Shown here in pieces: positions 23,964 through 34,729 of a stretch of DNA of 46,419 nucleotides. The first letter of the stretch is position 1; every line of letters begins with the position of its first letter. The translations under genes were made by a program, and so were the position numbers. Source of the stretch: Octopus bimaculoides (taxonomy: Eukaryota). Where the stretch lies: the NCBI RefSeq assembly GCF_001194135.2, contig NC_068989.1, forward strand, positions 74,489,960-74,536,378, in the 5' to 3' direction. The notes beneath the pieces are model-generated. The model did no database searches. It was not told where the DNA came from and worked only from the letters and a program-made list of their open reading frames with translations.

Positions 23964-24829
23964 TAAATGTTTTCATTCAACGAAAGTATACCCGATGACG
24001 ATTGACCATTGGCTAAATAAAATTATAAAAATTTTGACAACTATAATGCGAGTAACAGCAATAATGATATCACTGAAAAGATGAAATATATATTTACATA
24101 TTTCTCTTTCTTTTATAAAAAAAATATTATAAATTTGCATTTTTTTTCATATTTGCAAATTGAAAATCATTGTAAAATTGATAACTTTTGCTTGTAACAT
24201 GCATTAATATTATTTAATATAATTCTAAGAAGAAAAAAAAACTATTTAGTAGATGCTGATAACAATTTTTACCTTATTAATCATTCAAAAATTTATTCAG
24301 AATAATATAAAAGATAATGAGAAATTTCATTTAAATGTAAAAATTATGATGTATTCCTATAAAATCATTTCACAAAGAAATTTCATTATTTTTCTACAAA
24401 AGATTAGCATCCCCGTAATAGGAGAAATATTTATTAGCAAAGGAGAAAATATTATATCACAATGACTACGAAGACGTTTTAGAACAGTTTGCCTAAGAAT
24501 GTCGAGCAGAATAGATATGAAAGATGTATACATACACATACGCGCACACTCACGAAGAGTATCCTTTGTGTGTATGGCAATGTATAATATATAGGTGGTA
24601 CATCACAAAAAGTCAAATGACATACGATCATAGGTACATACATTCGGTGCTCAGGTCGGTATTTGCGCCTAAACTCTAGCTTTAAGTACAAGTGTGTGGT
24701 GTCTGTCTAAATGAAGGTTTTCTCTAGGCAACATATCAACTGAGCTGGTATATGAATAGTGGCATAAAGCATAAACAAGTAGGTAACAGGAGTCAAGTCT
24801 GACAATACATATAAACAAGCATACATACG

Positions 24830-24831
24830 TG

Positions 24832-24899
<68 letters not shown>

Positions 24900-24955
24900 C
24901 ATACATATATGTGTGTGTGTGTGTGTGTGTATACATATGTATGTATGTATGTATG
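24830..24955. repeat. (TA)(GA)(TG)(TATG) compound microsatellite
   Basis: Direct reading. Confidence 0.9.
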
Positions 24956-25101
24956 TTTTCTTTGAGATATATTTAAGTACTCCTTCATGGATCTCAAGCC
25001 AATCACTTGGAAAGTGGCATGACTTTTTGTGTTAAGACCATCCCGGGGATGGTCAAGTGGTATATTTAGTGAGTGCATATATGAAGATATATTTATATAT
25101 G

Positions 25102-25331
25102 TATTTATTGCCTACAGGGGGCTGAACGTAGAGAGAACAAACAAGGACAGAAAAAAGGATTAAGTCGATTACATTGACACCAGTGCGTAACTGGTACTTA
25201 TTCAATCGACCCCGAAAGGATGAAAGGCAAAGTTGACCTTGGCGGAATTTGAACTCAGAACGTAACGGCAGGCGAAATTACGCTAAGCAATACGCCCGCC
25301 GTGCTAACGATTCTGCCAGCTCACCGCCCTA
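25102..25331 (-). mobile_element. SINE family A, full length
   Basis: A and B boxes and complete body, as in 1430-1627 and 9792-9999. Confidence 0.92.
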
Positions 25332-27029
25332 ATACGTCGGTATATTAACCATTACTAATCTTCTCTGTGAGAATATCTTTATCACTTAGGTGTTTATGCA
25401 TGAGTATATGTGCATGTTTGTATATTTACTGCGCATCTGATAGATTGGATCTGCAAGATGTATCTATTGTTTTGTTCTTCCTTAGAAAATCCTAGCATTT
25501 TCTAGTCTTCTATGTATGCATGTATGTATATATATATATATATATGCATGCATGTATGTATTGATGGATGGATGCATGTATGTATGTACGTATATATATA
25601 TCATGTAGGAAGAATAATAGCAAACAACATCAGTGAGATTTTAATATGTTAGCTACATTCGTAAAGCCGCTTTAATAACCTTAACATCAATGCAGATGCT
25701 AAGAAGGTTATCGTTAAGGAACAATGTATTTACAGAAATATTTCACTATGAATATTGCTTTCTAAAGTCATAATTACTGCACCCTGCATAATAATGAAGT
25801 GACGTAAGGGCTATTCAAACTCTTGTAAGAATGAACATATTTCAATATCATGTATGTTGTTTTCAGTTATTCAAATAATTTCTTGTTGTGTCCTTACACG
25901 TGAAATTTTGAGTTTATAGCAATAAATTACAGTTAGTTCTATTCAGTTCTCATATAATTGATTATTTGTTCTGCATACAAAGCACAAAATAACGTTGAAA
26001 TACACGCATGCGCACATAAATGTATACGTATGTGCGTATAAATATGAATGTATATATGTTTGTATCTCTCCCCCACTCTCTCTCCCTGTGTATATATNNN
26101 NNNNNNNNNNNNNNNNNNNNNNNNNNNNNNNNNNNNNNNNNNNNNNNNNNNNNNNNNNNNNNNNNNNNNNNNNNNNNNNNNNNNNNNNNNNNNNNNNNNN
26201 NNNNNNNNNNNNNNNNNNNNNNNNNNNNNNNNNNNNNNNNNNNNNNNNNNNNNNNNNNNNNNNNNNNNNNNNNNNNNNNNNNNNNNNNNNNNNNNNNNNN
26301 NNNNNNNNNNNNNNNNNNNNNNNNNNNNNNNNNNNNNNNNNNNNNNNNNNNNNNNNNNNNNNNNNNNNNNNNNNNNNNNNNNNNNNNNNNNNNNNNNNNN
26401 NNNNNNNNNNNNNNNNNNNNNNNNNNNNNNNNNNNNNNNNNNNNNNNNNNNNNNNNNNNNNNNNNNNNNNNNNNNNNNNNNNNNNNNNNNNNNNNNNNNN
26501 NNNNNNNNNNNNNNNNNNNNNNNNNNNNNNNNNNNNNNTTTATACACACATATATTTATATATATATAGTGTATCCGGTGTAATGCAAACCAGTAATAAA
26601 CAAAACGAAGGTAGAAACCCAAAAAACGAACCGATGGATATCCGCGTAAGCGTGAAGAATATATTCAAAAGTAAAAAAAAAAAAAAAGCATGGAAATCAC
26701 GCCAAAAATGTGGTAAGAGTTTTATGCTTGATAGAGCTGAAACATGTTTAGAGTTTCTGAGTGAAATCTTTCATCGGCAACACAAAAATAAAAAGACAGA
26801 CATATACACACACACAAAAATGGGGGAAAAGAACAAGGAACTAGATAAGGAAAATAGAAGAAAGAAAAGAAAACTGAATGCCCACTTGTTGCTTACACCA
26901 GTGCCATTCAGTAAACTAATGTTAGCGTAAGCAACATGTAGCCATTTAGTTCTATGCTTTTTATCCTTCTTTGATTTTCCGCTTTTTTTTTTTTCTAATT
27001 CTTCCTCCTTGCTTCACTTTTTCTTTGTC

Positions 27030-27073
27030 TCCCCCTTTCTCTCTGTCTTTCTCTCTACATCTCTCTCTTTTCT

Positions 27074-27112
<39 letters not shown>

Positions 27113-27420
27113 ACTTCTTTTTCTCTCTCTCTCCCCCTCTCTCTCTCTCTCTCTCGCTCTCTCTCTTTCTGTGCGTTTGACATGTTTCCAGTGAAGGACT
27201 GCATTCCAAAATACTAAAATTTTCCCAGTTTTATTATTACTAATGAAACTAAATCAAGTTTAGAAAACTTTTAAATTAGATATTTGTCGTACACCTTTAG
27301 AATATTTAAGCATATCTATTTATCTATCTATCTCTCCCTCACTCTCTCTCCCTCCCCCTCTCTCCCTCTCTCTCTCTATATATATATTTATATATACACA
27401 CACATACACTCCCACACACA
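27030..27420. repeat. (CT)-rich and (TA)/(CA) microsatellites
   Basis: Direct reading. Confidence 0.85.
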
Positions 27421-27440
27421 CACGCGTACGTATATATACA

Positions 27441-27666
27441 CGAAGGGGTACTGAAAGTTTCTTGGCTTTGGGTAAAAAAAATACAGGAGGGTCAGTTAAT
27501 TATGATTTTTTTCAACACATTCCTCTCTCAGATACAAACACTCTTATGGACTCTGCAGAGGTCCTTCATTTCTTTCTGAGCCCTGTAAAACAACTCGGAA
27601 GGTTGGGCGTCCAACAAAGGTTTTTCGCGATACCCTTACATCCAGGAACTTTTCAGCACCCTCTCG
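27441..27666 (-). mobile_element. Mariner-derived MITE
   Basis: TIRs CGAAGGGGTACTGAAAGTTTCTTGG and CGAGAGGGTGCTGAAAAGTTCCTGG (reverse complement); TA on the right, CA (mutated TA) on the left. Confidence 0.8.
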
Positions 27667-27687
27667 TATCCAAATTATACCCCTATG

Positions 27688-27721
<34 letters not shown>

Positions 27722-27767
27722 NNNNNNNNNNNNNNNNNNNNNNNNNNNNNNNNNNNNNNNNNNNNNN

Positions 27768-27834
27768 CTGCTGAAGATAGTCCCCGAGCAAGGTATATTT
27801 TTATCTTGCTAAATAACTTGAAACCATGGTACAG
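27768..27834 (+). ncRNA. Type-I hammerhead ribozyme motif (Penelope pLTR-type)
   Basis: CTG / CTGAAGA (27771-27777) / stem II AGT..AGCAAG-loop-CTTGCT..ACT / GAAA (27820-27823) / palindrome ACCATGGT / cleavage triplet GUA / CAG. Stem I continues into the gap. Confidence 0.7.
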
Positions 27835-27965
27835 AGTATAAACTGGTAAAAGTTTTTATTTTTCATTCTCTTTCGAAATTATCCCTATTTTTGTGGTATA
27901 GAGTTTTTTTGCTGCTCTTTCTAGCGGGTTAGATGTCCTATTATAGGCATCTCTGTATTTTAATG

Positions 27966-28010
<45 letters not shown>

Positions 28011-28469
28011 CGGATGTATGTTAGTATGTATGCATATTATGCATATTAAATGTGTGACATAGTGTGTGCATGTATATGCATATTGTGTATACGCATGTTA
28101 GTCTATCCTTACGTCCGAAAACATGCTTTATGTTTATGTATTTTACAAAGCAACCGTTTTCTTTAAACGGCATAGGTTAAAAATTAAACACTACCATTTA
28201 AGATTATAACTAAGTCAATAAAGCACCAGTTTAAAATAAGTCGAGTGTCAATATAAGAGACGATAGACCATTCAAGACCATACTTTTACATGAACGGAGG
28301 CTTCAAACAGTAAAACACAATGCAACAATATGACCACTTAAATACTTCCGTACTTGCTCTAACTCAGGCTATTACAATGAAATTCAATAAGAAAATATAT
28401 TGATAGACATGCACGCGCGAGCGCACAAATAGACTTGTACCCGTGTATTTCTATACGTACATAGGCTCA

Positions 28470-28820
28470 GTAGTAGCAAGAAGCTTGCTTCCCAACCACT
28501 GGCACCTGCAGCAAGAAGCTTGCTTCCCAACCACTGGCACCTGCAGCAAGAAGCTTTCTTCCCAACCACTGGCACCTGCAGCAAGAGTTTTCTACTATAG
28601 TCTCAGGCCGACCTAAGCCTTGCCAGTGGACTTGGTAGACGGGAACTGAAAGACGCCTGTAACTTAGCGGTTCGGCAAAAGAGACCAATAGAGTAAGTAC
28701 TAGGCTTACAAGGAATATGCCTTGGGGTCTAATTCTACGACTAAAAGTACCGTTCGAGGCGGTGCTCCAGTATGGTCGCAGTCAAATGACAGAAACGTGT
28801 AAAATAATAAAAGAATATAA
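28470..28820 (+). mobile_element. CORE-type SINE family C with rearranged head and internal deletion
   Basis: TTCTACTATAGTCTCAGGCCGACC, GGTAGACGGGAACTGAAAG and GGTTCGGCAAAAGAGACC; 3' tail AAATGACAGAAACGTGTAAAATAATAAAAGAAT. Confidence 0.85.
28476..28580 (+). repeat. 35-bp tandem repeat x3
   Basis: GCAAGAAGCTTGCTTCCCAACCACTGGCACCTGCA at 28476, 28511 and 28546, with one mismatch overall. Confidence 0.97.
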
Positions 28821-28994
28821 GATATGTGTATGTGTATGTAAATGCATATATATATATATANNNNNNNNNNNNNNNNNNNNNNNNNNNNNNNNNNNNNNNN
28901 NNNNNNNNNNNNNNNNNNNNNNNNNNNNNNNNNNNNNNNNNNNNNNNNNNNNNNNNNNNNNNNNNNNNNNNNNNNNNNNNNNNNNNNNNNATAT

Positions 28995-29050
28995 ATATAT
29001 TTATTTATGGGTTTCAGCCAAGTGGCTGTGGTCATGCTGGAGCACCACCG
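28995..29050 (-). mobile_element. SINE 3' tail fragment
   Basis: Reverse complement GGTGCTCCAGCATGACCACAGCCACTTGGCTGAAACCCATAAATAAAT matches 45503-45555 on the plus strand. Confidence 0.7.
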
Positions 29051-29116
29051 TGAATATACATATATATTATATATACATATACATACATACACATATAAAT
29101 ATATATGTATATATCA

Positions 29117-29393
29117 TTGTGTGTGTCCGTGTTTGTCCCTCCCCACTGCTTGACAACCGGTGTTGCTGTGTTTACGTCCTTGTAACCATGCGGTTCGGCA
29201 AATGTTTAACCGATAGAATAAGTACTAGGATTTAAAATATAAGTCCTGTGGTCGAATTGTTCAACTATAATCTTTCAAGGCTGTACCACAAGGCTGTACC
29301 ACAAGGCTGTGTCACAAGACTGTGCCCCAAGGATGTGCCCCGAGGATGTGCCACAAGGCTGTGCTGCATTCAAATTATTGAAACAAGTAAAAT
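29117..29393 (+). mobile_element. CORE-type SINE family C 3' half containing a 13-bp minisatellite
   Basis: CTTGACAACCGGTGTTG, GGTTCGGCAAA, AATAAGTACTAGG and TTGAAACAAGTAAAA. Confidence 0.85.
29277..29367 (+). repeat. 13-bp tandem repeat x7 (AAGGCTGTRCCAC-like)
   Basis: Units start at 29277 with period 13 and diverge gradually. Confidence 0.95.
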
Positions 29394-29936
29394 ATATTGA
29401 TGCACACATACGTACAACTACATAAATTAAAAGTCAATTGCTGCAGCCTTGTGCTATCGGTAAGCCGTACTTACTGAGTTTCACTTTCAGTTTCAACTCT
29501 TAAGTCCCTAATTCTCCACACAAAATCCTTCATGTTGATATTCTGACACGTCCTAAAGCTCTTAAGTAGATCCAAGAATACATGTGTGTTTCTGTAGGCA
29601 TGTGTTTGTGTGTATGTGTGTGTGAGTGTATGTAAGTGTGTTTGAGTGTGTGAGTGTGCGTGCGCGTATGTGAGAGCGCGCGCGTCCGAATATATATGTG
29701 TATATATACGAAGATAGTGATAGATACAGAGGGTGTATGTATGAGAGTGAAAGTGGGAGAGAGAGAGAGAGAGACTGACTGAATGACAGTGTGTGTGTAT
29801 GAATCTGAATGTGAATATGCGAACCTTACAGAGAAGAAATGCATTCAAGAATATGAGCACGTACAAACACACACACACACACACACTCATATATATATAT
29901 ATATATACGAATGTATATCTACACACGCGCGCACGC

Positions 29937-29977
<41 letters not shown>

Positions 29978-31122
29978 TAAGAAGTGTGAGAGAGATATAT
30001 TTTATATTCTTCACGTTAAGTTCTCTAATCCCACCGCGCTGTGCATAACACCAATTCGTTGGCTCAATGTAATGCAGGTTTAATCAGCAAGGATAAAGAA
30101 ACTGTATGATGTTGGAAGGAAATAGTACATTTCTATCTATTGACTGGTTGAATGAGTAGCTTGCTGGTTGATAGACGTAATACTTTTCCAGGCTGACACT
30201 GACTATCCAAGGAACAATAAGGTGGAGATAGTGTTCGGATGTGAATTACATTTTATTCTATTTTCGGTAATATTCTTTGCGTTAGTACGTTTTGTATATT
30301 TCGTATTATCTAGAGACTTACTCAATAAGAAGATATTAGTATTGATTGTTATTAACATCAATGGACAATGTCTGTAAATTTTAAATGCTAAAAACTTGTA
30401 TTTACTTGATTTTCTCTTTCATATTTAATCTGCAAGTTCTTGCTCTGTCATGTCAGCTATTCTTATACATTGGTTTTGTACTAAAGTTTCTCCAATTTCC
30501 TGTCGTTGTATTTCTCTCATACTTTTGTTTGTTTAGTCTCGTTATTCCTCTTCTTGCTTCAGACCAATGATTTCAGTTCTCAATTTTTAACACGAAAATT
30601 GAAGTTAAGAATAAACTGGAATCTTTACTTATCGTCATACTATCTGTTGCCTCTTGAACATTAAAAGTGAAAAGAGTTCTCTGCCAAAAAACGTGCGTTA
30701 TCCTTAAAAAATGAAATTAAAAAGTTATTGCTTTATTGGTAAACTATATTAAAGACTTACACAGCCTTTCTCCCATTTAGCGACAAATTGTTAACAGAAC
30801 CACAAAATCAAGGAATATAAAACTTCAATTATCTTTATCTTATGATATTTAATTTGTATTATATTATACTCATTTATTGTGCTTTTAATTATTAATTTTT
30901 CTATATGTGACAGTGGATTTTCATCGATGAGTTCATGAACCTTGATTTTTTTCCCTAAAACTATATATATATATATATATGCATATGTATGTATTTTGGT
31001 AAGGTCATTTCTACAGATAGAAATTATAGCCACCACTGATTTTTGCTACAACGTTTCGTATCGTAACGTCAGGTCTGAACAAACAATGAGATCGAAGACA
31101 AAATTGGCTAATGAGTGTATGT

Positions 31123-31160
31123 GACATATTTCGAGGATTGTTGCCCTTCATCAGCAACTA
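31123..31160 (-). ncRNA. Decayed minimal hammerhead-like motif
   Basis: Reverse complement TAGTTG CTGATGA AGGG CAACAAT CCTC GAAA TATGTC; weak stem II and poor stem I. Confidence 0.3.
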
Positions 31161-31354
31161 TGTAATCCATTCTTGCCTCCCAACACACGGTTTGTATAGC
31201 CACCCCATACAGTGGTGTTAATTTAAGAAGCACTGCTGACGCATTACATGCAGTTGAACATTTAGTATACTTTATAGTATATTATATTTGCATAACGAAG
31301 TATCACGTTCCTACAAATCATTAATTTATGTGTATATATATATATATATATATA

Positions 31355-31456
31355 TAGTAGAAGACACTTGCCCAAGGTGTCACGCAGTGAGAATGAACGT
31401 AGCACCATGTGGTTGGGAAGCAAGCTTCTTACCACACCCTCACTCACGCCTTTGCT
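31355..31456 (-). mobile_element. CORE-type SINE family C head
   Basis: Reverse complement GTGTGGTAAGAAGCTTGCTTCCCAACCACATGGTGCTACGTTCATTCTCACTGCGTGACACCTTGGGCAAGTGTCTTCTACTA carries the CORE hallmark CCTTGGGCAAGT. Confidence 0.85.
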
Positions 31457-32874
31457 CAATAAAATTACTTTCCTTCTTTATCTATAAAAACCTCTATATA
31501 TTTTCACGTATAGGACTTTGGAAAATTGAAAATTTAGAGCTATTCTAATCCAAGCCAGCTACAAATTACAGACTTTACCTGTAAACCGTGGTTTCGAAAT
31601 ATTGCTGTTTATTCTGGATATGCATTAACTGCAAAAATTCCTGCTCATTCGAGCAGATTATTGACGCAGTAACTGGAAGATTTCCAATGTAAAATTATAT
31701 TGGTCATTATGAGTGAAAACTTGAAACGGTCTCAAATAACATATCTGTAGCTAGTCGGACGCACTTTTCTTCTATAGATTTCATTCTCGGAGTTAATAGG
31801 CGCATGAATGGCTGTAATGCTGCGAAGTCTGTATCGCAACACTCTTATTTGGGGCGTTAACCAACTACTCGGTAATTTGAACAAATGTCGGTTTCTATAG
31901 CCCATAGCTTTACGTTCACTAATTCCTTATGAGTGAAATATGTTAGACAGAAACTTTTTGAAAGACCATCAAAGGACTTGTTCCTATTTCTAATCCGTTG
32001 CCAGGTTTAACATCATCATCAAGCCTTCAAGTGCCTTAATATAGTTCCGGGCGTGTGCATGTGTCTGTCTGTCTGTCTCCCTTCTTTCTCTCTCTCTTTC
32101 TCTCTTTCTCTCTCTCCCTCTCTCCCCCCCCCTCTCTCTGATGCAAATGTTAGTGTCGAATTTCTGGACTGAGGATAAATTCCTACCCACATCTTGTAAA
32201 CATTGGAAACTCTGAAAGTGTTCGTGTGTAGTATTATTTTGCCTCTGAGTTGAATCATTGAAAAAGAAAAAAATATAACGGGTCCATGTAATACAAAATG
32301 GCCGTATGTCTAGAAAGACATTCGTATTTTCTTCTCAAATTTCGGAAATTGTTTTGCAATTTACAACTATTGCTAAAAACAAAACACTTTGCCTTCTAGT
32401 TACAATCGATATCATTTCAACATAGAAAGGCATATAATTTAATCCCTGCACATATTTTCTTACACTTCGTTTTCTTTTTCTCTTTCGGTCGCTCTCCTAA
32501 TCCTTTCTATCGAAGAGCATATGACCGAAGAGTCGAAGTCTTTCCTATTCTTCCTGAGCGTTAAACTAATACATCTGCCTGTTGTTCCTTCACCTATCTT
32601 CGTCTTTTCATTCAGTAAATTTGAACTATATNNNNNNNNNNNNNNNNNNNNNNNNNNNNNNNNNNNNNNNNNNNNNNNNNNNNNNNNNNNNNNNNNNNNN
32701 NNNNNNNNNNNNNNNNNNNNNNNNNNNNNNNNNNNNNNNNNNNNNNNNNNNNNNNNNNNNNNNNNNNNNNNNNNNNNNNNNNNNNNNNNNNNNNNNNNNN
32801 NNNNNNNNNNNNNNNNNNNNNNNNNNNNNNNNNNNNNNNNNNNNNNNNNNNNNNNNNNNNNNNNNNNNNNNNNN

Positions 32875-34120
32875 ATAGTAAATCCTAAAACAACGAAGAA
32901 CAAACACAATGATGGAGTGAATTTTAAAGCTTATAAATCTAATATTTTTCTATCCTTCCTTAATACCAGTTCCCATATGCTGTTCATATCTGCACTCTGC
33001 TTAGGAGGTTGTTGTTTGTGTCCTAGCATATGTACTGCTTCTATTAGTTTTCGTATTTTCCAGTGGTGTTTTCTATCTATCATTTTAACTTCATGCCACA
33101 AGGGGAGGTGTTCCCATTTTTCCATACATGATCAGCTATACTCAATGTATCAATATCTCCCCGTGTCACAGCTTTGCGATGTTCGTCTACCCTTATTTTG
33201 AAGGGGCCGCATGTTTCGCCTTTGTATAACCTACCATAACTGTATGAGATGGAGTACACGTAGTTCTTAGTCATATTCTCTTCTATTGGTGGTTTTACTC
33301 GAAGGAGATATTTGCGAAGTGTTGTATTACTTTTGAATACTGTCCTGATGTCATATGGGCCGCATATCTTTTGTATCTTTTCGTAGAGGCCTTTCACAGA
33401 GGATAAGGATAGACAGATTGTGGACAGTTTATCGGTTTCATATTATCTTTTCTTCATAATTGGAGTGGAGAGTATTCTTTTGGGGTAGTTGTTGATTAAC
33501 AGAATGTTACTGAGCTTGATCATTTCTTCGTGGTGGGTATCACAATCGCTACTTATGTTCATTGCTCGATGTTTTAGACACTGAGCAGTCCCTCTCTTTA
33601 CACTGTATGGATGGTGGGAGTTGAAGTTGAGGTATCGTCCATTGAAGGTGGGCTTGCGGTATACGGATGTCCTGAATCCATACTTGGTGCGTGTCATTAA
33701 TACGTCCAGAAATGCCAGCTGATTGTTCTGTTCCTTTTCCATTGTGAACTGGATGGAAGCTTTATTGAGTTCACATGATCTAACAGCACTTGGACATCTT
33801 CCTGGTGGGACCAGAGTATAAAGGTGTCATCAACACATCGCAGCCATAGGGTTGGTTTTAGTGGTGTTGATCCTAAAGCCAAATTCTCAAAGTATTCCAT
33901 GTATATATTGTCTATTATCGGTGATAATGACGAACCCATAGCTAAACCCTCTTCTTGTCGATATATATCAGTGTCCACACTGAAGTAGGTAGATTCTACC
34001 CAGGTCAACATTTCCATGAAGTTTCTTATTGGTATATTAATGCGTTCTTTTAGATGGGTGTCTGTCACTAGTCTTTCTTGAATCACCGATAGTGCTTCAC
34101 CAGTTGGGACTTTGGTGAAC
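32875..34120 (-). mobile_element. Penelope-like element, RT plus GIY-YIG endonuclease, 5'-truncated, frameshifted
   Basis: NLFTKVP, GLAMGSSLSP, LRCVDDTF, LAFLDV, VYRKPT..RYLNFNSHHP and VYSISYSYGRLYKGET..RVDEHRK; the 3' end runs into the gap. Confidence 0.92.
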
Positions 34121-34139
34121 AGGTTCGAAATTTTCCCAA

Positions 34140-34185
34140 GACACCTGATGAAGGCTGGAGGGTATATCAGCCGAAATGCTGTGTC
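34140..34185 (+). ncRNA. Minimal type-I hammerhead motif, copy 1 of a 114-bp direct repeat
   Basis: Stem I GACAC/GTGTC, CTGATGA, stem II GGCTG/CAGCC, GAAA, then TGCT (inferred consensus CGTT). Confidence 0.6.
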
Positions 34186-34239
34186 AGCAACAAACAAGAC
34201 GAGGACAAATATCCGTCAATTGTAAATAACAAGGTAGTC

Positions 34240-34507
34240 AGAATGTTGGATGATTATACATATGTCTATTCAGGGACCTTTTGAGTGGGATGGGCTACTC
34301 GACCTGAAGAAAATTCTAACTGGGCCCCACCTGCAAGGTCATGCGCTGTTTATCTTGATATGAGAACACCATGTCACGCATATATGGTTGTGATGCATGT
34401 GTCTGATGTACCCTTATTAGACAGGTAGTCATGATGGGTATACCGGGCTTCGTATATTTTACCCCCGTGTCACTTTGGTGGCATGCCCTGCTCTCTCACT
34501 CAATAAA

Positions 34508-34588
<81 letters not shown>
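34240..34588 (+). repeat. Unclassified repeat body ending in (TAA)n (34505-34587), between the two hammerhead repeats
   Basis: Non-coding, GC-richer segment followed by a long TAA tract. Confidence 0.5.
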
Positions 34589-34589
<1 letters not shown>

Positions 34590-34636
34590 TCGAAAAATAC
34601 CTTAGGAATGAGAACCCAGGTTCGAAATTTCCCCAA

Positions 34637-34682
34637 GACACCTGGTGAAGGCTGGAGGGTATATCAGCCGAAAGGTTGTGTT
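34637..34682 (+). ncRNA. Minimal type-I hammerhead motif, copy 2 (core A6 to G)
   Basis: GACAC CTGGTGA A GGCTG GAGGGTATAT CAGCC GAAA GGTT GTGTT. Confidence 0.5.
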
Positions 34683-34729
34683 AACAACAAACAAGATGAG
34701 GATACATATCTGTCATATGTAAATAATAA

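Noticed and set aside
25036-25054. GACCATCCC-G-GGGATGGTC palindrome with 9-bp arms
   Set aside because: Single short instance; a few such palindromes are plausible by chance or strand-switch repair.
25939-26930. Longest ORFs in the track (also 37006-38270, 42906-43587 and 44349-45432)
   Set aside because: Mostly X residues from assembly gaps.
30192-30221. Possible 30-nt micro-exon (ADTDYPRNNK) after CTTTTCCAG
   Set aside because: Weak donor (GTGGAG) and no other exons to link it to.
32500-32631. TCGAAGAGCATATGACCGAAGAG segment that looks like a pLTR next to the Penelope 3' gap
   Set aside because: Core reads TCGA and GAAG rather than CTGA and GAAA; it cannot be supported as a ribozyme or assigned from this window.
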